Below are positions 25,701 to 40,700 of a stretch of 64,000 bases of DNA, piece by piece. Both the position numbers and the translations under genes were made by a program. Below the pieces are notes generated by a model. The model saw only the letters and a program-made list of their open reading frames with translations, was not told the origin of the DNA and made no database searches. Origin of the DNA: Squalus acanthias (lineage: Eukaryota). Numbering within the stretch: position 1 is the stretch's first letter; each line of letters begins with the position of its first letter. The stretch is from assembly GCA_030390025.1 (NCBI GenBank), contig JASTWF010000368.1, positions 1-64,000 on the forward strand. The letters are read 5' to 3'.

Positions 25701-28700
25701 CCTTTAATAGTGATTTCAGTGTGTGTGAGCCCAGGTGTGAAGGAACGCTCCTTTAATAGTGATTTCAGTGTGTGTGTGAGCCTGGGTGTGAAGGAACGCT
25801 CCTTCAATAGTGATTTCAGTGTGTGAGAGCCCGGGTGTGAAGGAACACTCCTTTAATAATGATTTCAGTGTGTGTGAGCCCGGGTGTGAAGGAACGCTCC
25901 TTTAATAGTGATTTCAGTGTGTGTGAGCCTGGGTGTGAGTGAACGCTCCTTTAATAGTGATTTCAGTGTGTGTGAGCCTGGGTGTGAGTGAACGCTCCTT
26001 TAATAGTGATATCAGTGTGTGTGTGAGCCTGGTGTGAAGGAACGCTCCTTTAATAGTGATTTCAGTGTGTGAGAGCCCGGGTGTGAAGGAACGCTCCTTT
26101 AATAGTGATTTCAGTGTGTTTGTGAGCTCGAGTGTGAAGGAACGCTCCTTTAATAGTGATTTCAGTGTGTTGAGTCCGGGTGTGAAGGAACGCTCCTTTT
26201 ACAGTGATTTCAGTGTGTGTGAGCCCAGGTTTGAAGGAACACTCCTTTAATAGTGATTTCAGTGTTGTCTGTGAGCCAGGTGTGAAGGAACACTCCTTTA
26301 ATAGTGATTTCAGTGTGTGTGTGAGCCCGGGTGTGAAGGAACGCTCCTTTAACAGTGATTTCAGTGTGTGTGTGAGCCCGGGTGTGAAGGAACGCTCCTT
26401 TAATAGTGATTTCAGTGTGTGTGAGCCCAGGTGTGAAGGAACGCTCCTTTAATAGTGATTTCAGTGTGTGTGTGAGCCTGCGTGTGAAGGAACGCTCCTT
26501 TAATAGTGATTTCAGTGTGTGTGAGCCCGGGTGTGAAGGAACGCTCCTTTAATAGTGATTTCAGTGTGTGTGTGAGCTCGGGTGTGAAGGAACGCTCCTT
26601 TAATAGTGATTTCAGTGTGTGTGAGCCCGGGTGTGAAGGAACGCTCCTTTAATAGTGATTTCAGTGTGTGTGTGAGCCCGGGTGTGAAGGAACACTCCTT
26701 TAATAGTGATTTCAGTGTGTGTGAGCCCAGGTGTGAAGGAACGCTCCTTTAATAGTGATTTCAGTGTGTGTGTGAGCCTGGGTGTGAAGGAACGCTCCTT
26801 TAATAGTGATTTCAGTGTGTGTGAGCCCGAGTGTGAAGGAACGCTCCTTTAATAGTGATTTCAGTGTGTGTGTGAGCCCGGGTGTGAAGGAACGCTCCTT
26901 TAATAGTGATTTCAGTGTGTATGTGAGCCCGGGTGTGAAGGAACGCTTCCTTTAATAGTGATTTCAGTGTGTGTGAGCCCGGGTGTGAAGGAACGCTCCT
27001 TTAATAGTGATTTCAGTGTATGTCTGAGCCCGGGTGTGAAGGAACGCTCCTTTAATAGTGATTTCAGTGTATGTGTGAGCCCGGGTGTGAAGGAACGCTC
27101 CTTTAATAGTGATTTCAGTGTGTGTGTGAGCCCGGGTGTGAAGGAACGCTCCTTTAATAGTGATTTCAGTGTGTGTGTGAGCCTGGGTGTGAAGGAACAC
27201 TCCTTTAATAGTGATTTCAGTGTGTGTGTGAGCCCGGGTGTGAAGGAACGCTCCTTTAATAGTGATTTCAGTGTGTGTGTGTGAGCCCAGGTGTGAAGGA
27301 ACGCTCCTTTAATAGTGATTTCAGTGTGTGTGTGAGCCCGGGTGTGAAGGAACGCTCCTTTAATAGTGATTTCAGTGTGTGTGAGCCGGGTGTGAAGGAA
27401 CGCTCCTTTAATAGTGATTTCAGTGTGTGTGTGAGCCCAGGGTGTGAAGGAACGCTCCTTTAATAGTGATTTCAGTGTGACTGTGAGCCCGGGTGTGAAG
27501 GAACGCTCCTTTAATAGTGATTTCAGTGTGTCTGTGAGTCCGGGTGTGAAGGAACGCTGCTTTAATAGTGATTTCAGTGCGTGTGTGAGCTCGGGTGTGA
27601 AGGAACGCTCCTTCAATAGTGATTTCAGTGTGTGTGTGTGTCCGGGTGTGAAGGAACGCTCCTTTAATAGTGATTTCAGTGTGTGTGTGAGCCCGGGTGT
27701 GAAGGAACGCTCCTATAATAGTGATTTCAGTGTGTGAGAGCCCGGGTTTGAAGGAACGCTCCTTTAATAGTGATTTCAGTGTGTGTGTGAGCCCGGGTGT
27801 GAAGGAACGCTCCTTTAATAGTGATTTCAGTGTGTGTGTGAGCCCGGGTGTGAAGGAACGCTCCTTTAATAGTGATTTCAGTGTGTGTGACTCCGGGTGT
27901 GAAGGAACGCTCCTTTAATAGTGATTTCAGTGTGTGTGAGCCTGGGTGTGAAGGATCTCTCCTTTAATAGTGATTTCAGTGTGAGTGTGAGTCCGGGTGT
28001 GAAGGAACACTCCTTTAATAGTGATTCCAGTGTGTGTGTGAGCCCGGGTGTGAAGGAACGCTCCTTTAATAGTGATTTCAGTGTGTCTGTGAGACAGGGT
28101 GTGAAGGAACGCTCCTTTAATCGTGATTTCAGTGTGTGTGTGAGCCCGGGTGTGAAGGAACGCTCCTTTAATAGTGATTTCAGTGTGACTGTGAGTCCGG
28201 GTGTGAAGGAACGCTCCTTTAATAGTGATTTCAGTGTGTGTGAGCCCGGGTGTAAAGGAACGCTCCTTTAATAGTGATTTCAGTGTGTGTGTGAGCCCGG
28301 GTTTGAAGGAATGCTCCTTTAATAGTGATTTCAGTGTGTGTGTGAGCCTGGGTGTGAAGGAACACTCCTTTAATAGTGATTTCAGTGTGTGTGAGCCCGG
28401 GTGTGAAGGAACGCTCCTTTAATAGTGATTTCAGTGTGTGTGAGCCCGGGTGTGAAGGAACGCTCCTTTGATAGTGATATCAGAGTGTGTGAGTCCGGGT
28501 ATGAAGGAACACTCCTTTAATCGTGATTTCAGTGTGTGTGTGAGCCCGGGTGTGAAGGAACACTCCTTTAATAGTGATTTCAGTGTGTGTGTGAGCCTGG
28601 GTGTGAAGGAACGCTCCTTTAATAGTGATTTCAGTGTGTGTGTGAGCCTGGGTGTGAAGGAACGCTCCTTTAATAGTGATTTCAGTGTGAGTGTGAGCCC

Positions 28701-31700
28701 GGGTGTGAAGGAACGCTCCTTTAATAGTGATTTCAGTGTGTGTGTGGTGAGCCCAGGTGTGAAGGAACGCTCCTTTAATAGTGATTTCAGTATGTGTATG
28801 AGCCTGGGTATGAAGGAACGCTCCTTTAATAGTGATTTCAGTGTGTGTGAGAGCCCGGGTGTGAAGGAACGCTCCTTTAATAGTGATTTCAGTGTGTGTG
28901 AGAGCCCGGGTGTGAAGGAACGCTCCTTTAATAGTGATTTCAGTGTGTGTGTGAGCCCGGGTGTGAAGGAACGCTCCTTTAATAGTGATTTCAGTGTGTG
29001 TGAGAGCCCGGGTGTGAAGGAACGCTCCTTTAATAGTGATTTCAGTGTATGTGTGAGCCCGGGTGTGAAGTAACGCTCCTTTAATAGTGATTTCAGTCTG
29101 TGTGTGTGAGCCCGGGTGTGAAGGAACGCTCCTTTAATAGTGATATCAGTGTGTAAGAGCCCGGGTGTGAAGGAACACTCCTTTAATAGTGATTTCAGTG
29201 TGTGTGAGCCCGGGTGTGAAGGAACGCTCCTTTAACAGTGATTTCAGTGTGTGTGAGCCTGGGTGTGAGTGAACGCTCCTTTAATAGTGATTTCAGTGTG
29301 TGTGTGAGCCTGGCTGTGAAGGAACGCTCCTTTAATAGTGATTTCAGTGTGAGAGAGCCCGGGTGTGAAGGAACACTCCTTTAATAGTGATTTCAGTGTG
29401 TTTGTGAGCTCGGGTGTGAAGGAACGCTCCTTTAATAGTGATTTCAGTGTGTGTGAGCCAGGTGTGAAGGAACACTCCTTTAATAGTGATTTCAGAGTAT
29501 GTCTGTGAGCCCAGGTGTGAAGGAACACTCCTTTAATAGTGATTTCAGTGTATGTGTGAGCCCGGGTTTGAAGGAACGCTCCTTTAACAGTGATTTCAGT
29601 GTGTGTGTGAGCCCGGGTGTGAAGGAACGCTCCTTTAATAGTGATTTCAGTGTGTGTGAGCCCAGGTGTGAAGGAACGCTCCTTTAATAGTGATTTCAGT
29701 GTGTGTGTGAGCCTGGGTGTGAAGGAACGCTCCTTCAATAGTGATTTCAGTGTGTGAGAGCCCGGGTGTGAAGGAACACTCCTTTAATAATGATTTCAGT
29801 GTGTGTGAGCCCGGGTGTGAAGGAACGCTCCTTTAATAGTGATTTCACTGTGTGTGAGCCTGGGTGTGAGTGAACGCTCCTTTAATAGTGATATCAGTGT
29901 GTGTGTGAGCCTGGCTGTGAAGGAACGCTCATTTAATAGTGATTTCAGTGTGAGAGAGCCCGGGTGTGAAGGAACACTCCTTTAATAGTGATTTCAGTGT
30001 GTTTGTGAGCTCGAGTGTGAGGGAACGCTCCTTTAATAGTGATTTCAGTGTGTTGAGTCCGGGTGTGAAGGAACGCTCCTTTTACAGTGATTTCAGTGTG
30101 TGTGAGCCCAGGTTTGAAGGAATACTCCTTTAATAGTGATTTCAGTGTATGTCTGTGAGCCCAGGTGTGAAGGAACACTCCTTTAATAGTGATTTCAGTG
30201 TGTGTGTGAGCCCGGGTTTGAAGGAACGCTCCTTTAACAGTGATTTCAGTGTGTGTGTGAGCCCGGGTGTGAAGGAACGCTCCTTTAATAGTGATTTCAG
30301 TGTGTGTGAGCCCAGGTGTGAAGGAACGCTCCTTTAATAGTGATTTCAGTGTGTGTGTGAGCCTGCGTGTGAAGGAACGCTCCTTTAATAGTGATTTCAG
30401 TGTGTGTGAGCCCGGGTGTGAAGGAACGCTCCTTTAATAGTGATTTCAGTGTGTGTGTGAGCTCGGGTGTGAAGGAACGCTCCTTTGATAGTGATTTCAG
30501 TGTGTGTGAGCCCGGGTGTGAAGGAACGCTCCTTTAATAGTGATTTCAGTGTGTGTGTGAGCCCGGGTGTGAAGGAACACTCCTTTAATAGTGATTTCCG
30601 TGTGTGTGAGCCCAGGTGTGAAGGAACGCTCCTTTAATAGTGATTTCAGTGTGTGTGTGAGCCTGGGTGTGAAGGAACGCTCCTTTAATAGTGATTTCAG
30701 TGTGTGTGAGCCCGAGTGTGAAGGAACGCTCCTTTAATAGTGATTTCAGTGTGTGTGTGAGCCCGGGTGTGAAGGAACGCTCCTTTAATAGCGATTTCAG
30801 TGTGTATGTGAGCCCGGGTGTGAAGGAACGCTTCTTTAATAGTGATTTCAGTGCGTGTGAGCCCGGGTGTGAAGGAACGCTCCTTTAATAGTGATTTCAG
30901 TGTATGTCTGAGCCCGGGTGTGAAGGAACGCTCCTTTAATAGTGATTTCAGTGTATGTGTGAGCCCGGGTGTGAAGGAACGCTCCTTTAATAGTGATTTC
31001 AGTGTGTGTGTGAGCCCGGGTGTGAAGGAACGCTCCTTTAATAGTGATTTCAGTGTGTGTGTGAGCCTGGGTGTGAAGGAACGCTCCTTTAATAGTGATT
31101 TCAGTGTGTGTGTGAGCCCGGGTGTGAAGGAACGCTCCTTTAATAGTGATTTCAGTGTGTGTGTGTGAGCCCAGGTGTGAAGGAACGCTCCCTTAATAGT
31201 GATTTCAGTGTGTGTGTGAGCCCGGGTGTGAAGGAACGCTCCTTTCATAGTGATATCAGTGTGTGTGATTCCGTGTGTGAAGGAACGCTCCTTTAATAGT
31301 GATTTCAATGTGTGTGTGAGCCCAGGTGTGAAGGAACGCTCCTTTAATAGTGATTCCAGTGTGACTGTGAGTCCGGGTGTGAAGGAACGCTCCTTTAATA
31401 GTGATTTCAGTGTGTCTGTGAGTCCGGGTGTGAAGGAACGCTGCTTTAATAGTGATTTCAGTGCGTGTGTGAGCTCGGGTGTGAAGGAACGCTCCTTCAA
31501 TAGTGATTTCAGTGTGTGTGTGTGTCCGGGTGTGAAGGAACGCTCCTTTAATAGTGATTTCAGTGTGTGTGTGAGCCCGGTGTGAAGGAACGCTCCTATA
31601 ATAGTGATTTCAGTGTGTGAGAGCCCGGGTTTGAAGGAACGCTCCTTTAATAGTGATTTCAGTGTGTGTGTGAGCCCGGGTGTGAAGGAACGCTCCTTTA

Positions 31701-34700
31701 ATAGTGATTTCAGTGTGTGTGTGAGCCCGGGTGTGAAGGAACGCTCCTTTAATAGTGATTTCAGTGTGTGTGACCCCGGGTGTGAAGGAACGCTCCTTTA
31801 ATAGTGATTTCAGTGTGTGTGAGCCTGGGTGTGAAGGATCTCTCCATTAATAGTGATTTCAGTGTGAGTGTGAGTCCGGGTGTGAAGGAACACTCCTTTA
31901 ATAGTGATTCCAGTGTGTGTGTGAGCCCGGGTGTGAAGGAACGCTCCTTTAATAGTGATTTCAGTGTGTCTGTGAGCCAGGGTGTGAAGGAACGCTCCTT
32001 TAATAGTGATTTCAGTGTGTGTGTGAGCCCGGGTGTGAAGGAACGCTCCTTTAATAGTGATTTCAGTGTGACTGTGAGTCCGGGTGTGAAGGAACGCTCC
32101 TTTAATAGTGATTTCAGTGTGACTGTGAGTCCGGGTGTGAAGGAACGCTCCTTTAATAGTGATTTCAGTGTGTGTGTGAGCCCGGGTGTGAAGGAACGCT
32201 CCTTTAATAGTGATTTCAGTGTGTGTGAGCCCGGGTGTAAAGGAACGCTTCTTTAATAGTGATTTCAGTGTGTGTGAGCCCGGGTTTGAAGGAATCCTCC
32301 TTTAATAGTGATTTCAGTGTGTGTGTGAGCCTGGGTGTGAAGGAACACTCCTTTAATAGTGATTTCAATGTGTGTGAGCCCGGGTGTGAAGGAACACTCA
32401 TTTAATAGTGATTTCAGTGTGTGTGTGAGCCCGGGTGTGAAGGAACACTCCTTTAATAGTGATTTCAGTGTGTGTGTGAGCCTGGGTGTGAAGGAACGCT
32501 CCTTTAATAGTGATTTCAGTGTGTGTGTGAGCCTGGGTGTGAAGGAACGCTCCTTTAATAGTGATTTCAGTGTGAGTGTGAGCCCGGGTGTGAAGGAACG
32601 CTCCTTTAATAGTGATTTCAGTGTGTGTGTGAGCCCGGGTGTGAAGGAACGCTCCTTTAATAGTGATTTCAGTGTGAGTGTGAGCCCGGGTGTGAAGGAA
32701 CGCTCCTTTAATAGTGATTTCAGTGTGTGTGTGTGTGAGCCCAGGTGTGAAGGAACGCTCCTTTAATAGTGATTTCAGTGTGTATGAGCCTGGGTATGAA
32801 GGAACGCTCCTTTAATAGTGATTTCAGTGTGTGTGGGAGCCCGGGTGTGAAGGAACGCTCCTTTAATAGTGATTTCAGTGTGTGTGAAAGCCCGGGTGTG
32901 AAGGAACGCTCCTTTAATAGTGATTTCAGTGTGTGTGTGAGCCCGGGTGTGAAGGAACGCTCCTTTAATAGTGATTTCAGTGTGTGTGAGAGCCCGGGTG
33001 TGAAGGAACGCTCCTTTAATAGTGATTTCAGTGTGTGTGAGAGCCCGGGTGTGAAGGAACGCTCCTTTAATAGTGATTTCAGTGTGTGTCTGAGCCCGGG
33101 TGTGAAGGAACGCTCCTTTAATAGTGATTTCAGCGTGTCTGTGAGCCCGGGTGTGAAGGAATGCTCCTTTAATAGTGATTTCAGTGTGTGTGAGAGCCCG
33201 GGTGTGAAGGAACACTCCTTTAATAGTGATTTCAGTGTGTGTGTGAGCCCGGGTGTGAAGGAACGCTCCTTTAATAGTGATTTCAGTGTGTGTGTGAGCC
33301 TGGGTGTGAAGGAACACTCCTTTAATAGTGATTTCAGTGTGTGTCTGAGCCTGGGTGTGAAGGAACGCTCCTTTAATAGTGATTTCAGTGTGTGTGTGAG
33401 CCCGGGTGTGAAGGAACGCTCCTTTCATAGTGATATCAGTGTGTGTGAGTCCGTGTGTGAAGGAACGCTCCTTTAATAGTGAATTCAATGTGTGTGTGAG
33501 CCCAGGTGTGAAGGAACGCTCCTTTAATAGTGATTTCAGTGTGACTGTGAGTCCGGGTGTGAAGGAACGCTCCTTTAATAGTGATTTCAGTGTGTCTGTG
33601 AGTCCGGGTGAGAAGGAACGCTCCTTTAATAGTGATTTCAGTGCGTGTGTGAGCTCGGGTGTGAAGGAACGCTCCTTCAATAGTGATTTCAGTGTGTGTG
33701 TGAGTCCGGGTGTGAAGGAACGCTCCTTTAATAGTGATTTCAGTGTGTGTGTGTGCCCGGGTGTGAAGGAACGCTCCTTTAATAGTGATTTCAGTGTGTG
33801 TGTGAGCCCGGGTGTGAAGGAACGCTCCTATGATAGTGATTTCAGTGTGTGAGAGCCCGGGTTTGAAGGAACGCTTCTTTAATAGTGATTTCAGTGTGTG
33901 TGTGAGCCCGGGTGTGACGGAACGCTCCTTTAATAGTGATTTCAGTGTGACTGTGAATCCGGGTGTGAAGGAACGCTCCTTTAATAGTGATTTCAGTGTG
34001 TGTGAGCCCGGGTGTAAAGGAACGCTTCTTTAATAGTGATTTCAGTGTGTGTGAGCCCGGGTTTGAAGGAACGCTCCTTTAATAGTGATTTCAGTGTGTG
34101 TGAGCCCGGGTGTGAAGGAACACTCCTTTAATAGTGATTACAGTGTGTGTGTGAGCCCGGGTGTGAAGGAACGCTCCTTTAATAGTGATTTCAGTGTGTG
34201 TGTGAGCCTGGGTGTGAAGGAACGCTCCTTTAATAGTGATTTCAGTGTGTATGTGTGAGCCCGGGTGCGAAGGAACGCTCCTTTAATAGTGATTTCAGTG
34301 TGTGTGTGAGCCCGGGTGTGAAGGAACACTCCTTTAATAGTGATTTCAGTGTGTGTGTGAGCCTGGGTGTGAAGGAACGCTCCTTTAATAGTGATTTCAG
34401 TGTGTGTGTGAGCCTGGGTGTGAAGGAACGCTCCTTTAATAGTGATTTCAGTGTGAGTGTGAGCCCGGGTGTGAAGGAACGCTCCTTTAATAGTGATTTC
34501 AGTGTGTGTGTGAGCCCGGGTGTGAAGGAACGCTCCTTTAATAGTGATTTCAGTGTGAGTGTGAGCCCGGGTGTGAAGGAACGCTCCTTTAATAGTGATT
34601 TCAGTGTGTGTGTGTGTGAGCCCAGGTGTGAAGGAACGCTCCTTTAATAGTGATTTCAGTGTGTATGAGCCTGGGTATGAAGGAACGCTCCTTTAATAGT

Positions 34701-37700
34701 GATTTCAGTGTGTGTGGGAGCCCGGGTGTGAAGGAACGCTCCTTTAATAGTGATTTCAGTGTGTGTGAAAGCCCGGGTGTGAAGGAACGCTCCTTTAATA
34801 GTGATTTCAGTGTGTGTGTGAGCCCGGGTGTGAAGGAACGCTCCTTTAATAGTGATTTCAGTGTGTGTGAGAGCCCGGGTGTGAAGGAACGCTCCTTTAA
34901 TAGTGATTTCAGTGTGTGTGAGAGCCCGGGTGTGAAGGAACGCTCCTTTAATAGTGATTTCAGTGTGTGTCTGAGCCCGGGTGTGAAGGAACGCTCCTTT
35001 AATAGTGATTTCAGCGTGTCTGTGAGCCCGGGTGTGAAGGAATGCTCCTTTAATAGTGATTTCAGTGTGTGTGAGAGCCCGGGTGTGAAGGAACACTCCT
35101 TTAATAGTGATTTCAGTGTGTGTGTGAGCCCGGGTGTGAAGGAACGCTCCTTTAATAGTGATTTCAGTGTGTGTGTGAGCCTGGGTGTGAAGGAACACTC
35201 CTTTAATAGTGATTTCAGCGTGTGTCTGAGCCTGGGTGTGAAGGAACGCTCCTTTAATAGTGATTTCAGTGTGTGTGTGAGCCCGGGTGTGAAGGAACGC
35301 TCCTTTCATAGTGATATCAGTGTGTGTGAGTCCGTGTGTGAAGGAACGCTCCTTTAATAGTGAATTCAATGTGTGTGTGAGCCCAGGTGTGAAGGAACGC
35401 TCCTTTAATAGTGATTTCAGTGTGACTGTGAGTCCGGGTGTGAAGGAACGCTCCTTTAATAGTGATTTCAGTGTGTCTGTGAGTCCGGGTGAGAAGGAAC
35501 GCTCCTTTAATAGTGATTTCAGTGCGTGTGTGAGCTCGGGTGTGAAGGAACGCTCCTTCAATAGTGATTTCAGTGTGTGTGTGAGTCCGGGTGTGAAGGA
35601 ACGCTCCTTTAATAGTGATTTCAGTGTGTGTGTGTGCCCGGGTGTGAAGGAACGCTCCTTTAATAGTGATTTCAGTGTGTGTGTGAGCCCGGGTGTGAAG
35701 GAACGCTCCTATGATAGTGATTTCAGTGTGTGAGAGCCCGGGTTTGAAGGAACGCTTCTTTAATAGTGATTTCAGTGTGTGTGTGAGCCCGGGTGTGACG
35801 GAACGCTCCTTTAATAGTGATTTCAGTGTGACTGTGAATCCGGGTGTGAAGGAACGCTCCTTTAATAGTGATTTCAGTGTGTGTGAGCCCGGGTGTAAAG
35901 GAACGCTTCTTTAATAGTGATTTCAGTGTGTGTGAGCCCGGGTTTGAAGGAACGCTCCTTTAATAGTGATTTCAGTGTGTGTGAGCCCGGGTGTGAAGGA
36001 ACACTCCTTTAATAGTGATTACAGTGTGTGTGTGAGCCCGGGTGTGAAGGAACGCTCCTTTAATAGTGATTTCAGTGTGTGTGTGAGCCTGGGTGTGAAG
36101 GAACGCTCCTTTAATAGTGATTTCAGTGTGTGTGTGAGCCTGGGTGTGAAGGAACACTCCTTTAATAGTGATTTCAGTGTGTGTGAGCCTGGGTGTGAAG
36201 GAACACTCATTTAACAGTGATTTCAGTGTGTGTGTGAGCCTGGGTGTGAAGGAACACTCATTTAATAGTGATATCAGTGTGTCTGTGAGCCCGGGTGTGA
36301 AGGAACGCTCCTTTAATAGTGATTTCAGTGTGACTGTGAGTCCGGGTGTGAAGGAACGCTCCTTTAATAGTGATTTCAGTGTGTGTGAGCCCGGGTGTGA
36401 AGGAACGCTTCTTTAACAGTGATTTCAGTGTGTATGTGTGAGCCCAGGTTTGAACGAACACTCCTTTAATAGTGATTTCAGTGTGTGTGAGCCCGGGTGT
36501 GAAGGAACGCTCCTTTAATTGTGATTTCAGTGTGTGTGTGAGCTCGGGTGTGAAGGAACGCTCCTTTAATAGTGATTTCAGTGTGTGTGAGCCCGGGTGT
36601 GAAGGAACGCTCCTTTAATAGTGATTTCAGTGTGTGTGTGAGCCCGGGTGTGAAGGAACACTCCTTTAATAGTAATTCAGTGTGTGTGAGCCCGGGTTTG
36701 AAGGAATGCTCCTTTAATAGTGATTTCAGTGTGTGTGTGAGCCTGGGTGTGAAGGAACACTCCTTTAATAGTGATTTCAGTGTGTGTGAGCCTGGGTGTG
36801 AAGGAACGCTCATTTAACAGTGATTTCAGTATGTGTGTGAGCCTGGGTGTGAAGGAACACTCATTTAATAGTGATTTCAGGGTGTCTGTGAGCCCGGGTG
36901 TGAAGGAACGCTCCTTTAATAGTGATTTCAGTGTGACTGTGAGTCCGGGTGTGAAGGAACGCTCCTTTAATAGTGATTTCAGTGTGTGTGTGAGCCCGGG
37001 TGTGAAGGAATGCTTCTTTAATAGTGATTTCAGTGTGTATGTGTGAGCCCGGGTTTGAAGGAACACTCCTTTAATAGTGATTTCAGTGTGTGTGAGCCCG
37101 AGTGTGAAGGAACGCTCCTTTAAGAGTGATTTCAGTGTGTGTGTGAGCTCGGGTGTGAAGGAACGCTCCTTTAATACTGATTTCAGTGTGTGTGAGCCCG
37201 GGTGTGAAGGAACGCTCCTTTAATAGTGATTTCAGTGTGTGTGTGAGCCCGGGTGTGAAGGAACACTCCTTTAATAGTGATTTCAGTGTGTGTGAGCCCA
37301 GGTGTGAAGGAACGCTCCTTTAATAGTGATTTCAGTGTGTGTGTGAGCCTGTGTGTGAAGGAACGCTCCTTTAATAGTGATTTCAGTGTGTGTGAGCCCG
37401 AGTGTGAAGGAACGCTCCTTTAATAGTGATTTCAGTGTGTGTGTGAGCCCGGGTGTGAAGGAACGCTCCTTTAATAGTGATTTCAGTGTGTGTGTGAGCC
37501 CGGGTGTGAAGGAACGCCTCTTTAATAGTGATTTCAGTGCGTGTGAGCCCGGGTGTGAAGGAACGCTCGTTTAATAGTGATTTCAGTGTATGTCTGAGCC
37601 CGGGTGTGAAGGAACGCTCCTTTAATAGTGATTTCAGTGTATGTGTGAGCCCGGGTGTGAAGGAACGCTCCTTTAATAGTGATTTCAGTGTGTGTGTGAG

Positions 37701-40700
37701 CCTGGGTGTGAAGGAACGCTCTTTAATAGTGATTTCAGTGTGTATGTGTGAGCCCGGGTGTGAAGGAACGTTCCTTTAATAGTGATTTCAGTGTGTGTGT
37801 GAGCCCGGGTGTGAAGGAACACTCCTTTAATAGTGATTTCAGTGTGTGTGAGAGCCCGGGTGTGAAGGAACGCTCCTTTAATAGTGATTTCAGTGTGTGT
37901 GAGAGCCCGGGTGTGAAGGAACGCTCCTTTAATAGTGATTTCAGTGTGTGTGAGCCCAGGTGTGAAGGAACGCTCCTTTAATAGTGATTTCAGTGTGTGT
38001 GTGAGCCTGGGTGTGAAGGAACGCTCCTTTAATAGTGATTTCAGTGTGTGTGAGCCCGGTGTGAAGGAACGCTCCTTTAATAGTGATTTCAGTGTGTGTG
38101 TGAGCCCGGGTGTGAAGGAACGCTCCTTTAATAGTGATTTCAGTGTGTGTGTGAGCCCGGGTGTGAAGGAACGCTCCTTTAATAGTGATTTCAGTGTGTG
38201 TGAGCCCGGGTGTGAAGGAACGCTCCTTTAATAGTGATTTCAGTGTGTGTGTGAGCCCGGGTGTGAAGGAACGCTCCTTTAATAGTGATTTCAGTGTGTG
38301 TGTGAGCCCGGGTGTGAAGGAACGCTCCTTTAATAGTGATTTCAGTGTGTGTGTGAGCCCGGGTGTGAAGGAACGCTCCTTTAATAGTGATTTCAGTGTG
38401 TGTGAGCCCGGGTGTGAAGGAACGCTCCTTTATAGTGATTTCAGAGTGTGTGAGTCCGGGTATGAAGGAACACTCCTTTAATAGTGATTTCAGCGTGTGT
38501 GTGAGCCCGGGTGTGAAGGAACGCTCCTTTAATAGTGATTTCAGTGTGTGTGTGAGCCTGGGTGTGAAGGAACGCTCCTTTAATAGTGATTTCAGTGTGT
38601 GTGTGAGCCTGGGTGTGAAGGAACGCTCCTTTAATATTGATTTCAGTGTGTGTGTGAGCCCGGGTGTGAAGGAACGCTCCTTTAATAGTGATTTAAGTGT
38701 GTGTGTGTGTGAGCCCTCGTGTGAACGAACGCTCCTTTAATAGTGATTTCAGTATGTGTATGAGCCTGGGTATGAAGGAACGCTCCTTTAATAGTGATTT
38801 CAGTGTGTGTGTTTGCCCGGGTGTGAAGGAACGCTCCTTTAATAGTGATTTCAGTGTGTGTGAGAGCCTGGGTGTGAAGGAACGCTCCTTTAATAGTGAT
38901 TTCAGTGTGTGTGAGAGCCCGGGTATGAAGGAACGCTCCTTTAATAGTGATTTCAGTGTGTGTGAGAGCCCGGGTGTGAAGGAACGCTCCTTTCATAGTG
39001 ATTTCAGTGTGTGTGAGAGCCCGGGTGTGAAGGAACGCTCCTTTAATAGTGATTTCAGTGTGTGTGTGAGCCCGGGTGTGAAGGAACGCTCCTTTAAAAG
39101 TGATTTCAGTGTGTGTGAGAGCCCGGGTGTGAAGGAACGCTCCTTTAATAGTGATTTCAGTGTGTGTGAGAGCCCGGGTGTGAAGGAACGCTCCTTTAAT
39201 AGTGATTTCAGAGTGTGTGTGAGCCCGGGTGTGAAGGAACGCTCCTTTAATAGTGATTTCAGCGTGTCTGTGAGCCCGGGTGTGAAGGAATGCTCCTTTA
39301 ATAGTGATTTCAGTGTGTGTGAGAGCCCGGGTGTGAAGAAACACTCCTTTAATAGTGATTTCAGTGTGTGTGTGAGCCCGGGTGTGAAGGAACGCTCCTT
39401 TAATAGTGATTTCAGTGTGTGTGTGAGCCCGTGTGTGAAGGAACGCTCCTTTACTCGTGATTTCAGTGTGTGTCTGAGCCTGGGTGTGAAGGAACGCTCC
39501 TTTAATAGTGATTTCAGTGTGTGTGTGAGCCCGGGTGTGAAGGAACGCTCCTTTCATAGTGATATCAGTGTGTGTGAGTCCGTGTGTGAAGGAACGCTCC
39601 TTTAATAGTGATTTCAATGTGTGTGTGAGCCCAGGTGTGAAGGAACGCTCCTTTAATAGTGATTTCAGTGTGACTGTGAGTCCGGGTGTGAAGGAACGCT
39701 CCTTTAATAGTGATTTCAGTGTGTGTGAGCCCGGGTGTGAAGGAACGCACCTTTAATAGTGATTTCAGTGTGTGTGTGAGCCCGGGTGTGAAGGAACGCT
39801 CCTTTAATAGTGATTTCAGTGTGTGTGTGAGCCTGGGTGTGAAGGAACGCTCCTTTAATAGTGATTTCAGTGTGTGTGTGTGAGCCTGGGTGTGAAGGAA
39901 CACTCCTTTAATAGTGATTTCAGTGTGTGTGAGCCTGGGTGTGAAGGAACACTCATTTAACAGTGATTTCAGTGTGTGTGTGAGCCCGGGTGTGAAGGAA
40001 CGCTCCTTTAATAGTGATTTCAGTGTGACTGTGAGTCCGGGTGTGAAGGAACGCTCCTTTAATAGTGATTTCAGTGTGTGTGAGCCCGGGTGTGAAGGAA
40101 CGCTTCTTTAACAGTGATTTCAGTGTGTATGTGTGAGCCCGGGTTTGAAGGAACACTCCTTTAATAGTGATTTCAGTGTGTGTGAGCCCGGGTGTGAAGG
40201 AACGCTCCTTTAATTGTGATTTCAGTGTGTGTGTGAGCTCGGGTGTGAAGGAACGCTCCTTTAATAGTGATTTCAGTGTGTGTGAGCCCGGGTGTGAAGG
40301 AACGCTCCTTTAATAGTGATTTCAGTGTGTGTGTGAGCCCGGGTGTGAAGGAACACTCCTTTAATAGTGATTTCAGTGTGTGTGAGCCCGGGTTTGAAGG
40401 AATGCTCCTTTAATAGTGATTTCAGTGTGTGTGTGAGCCCGGGTGTGAAGGAACGCTCCTTTAATAGTGATTTCAGTGTGACTGTGAGTCCGGGTGTGAA
40501 GGAACGCTCCTTTAATAGTGATTTCAGTGTGTATGTGTGAGCCCGGGTGTGAAGGAACACTCCTTTAATAGTGATTTCAGTGTGTGTGAGCCCGAGTGTG
40601 AAGGAACGCTCCTTTAAGAGTGATTTCAGTGTGTGTGTGAGCTCGGGTGTGAAGGAACGCTCCTTTAATAGTGATTTCAGTGTGTGTGAGCCCGGGTGTG

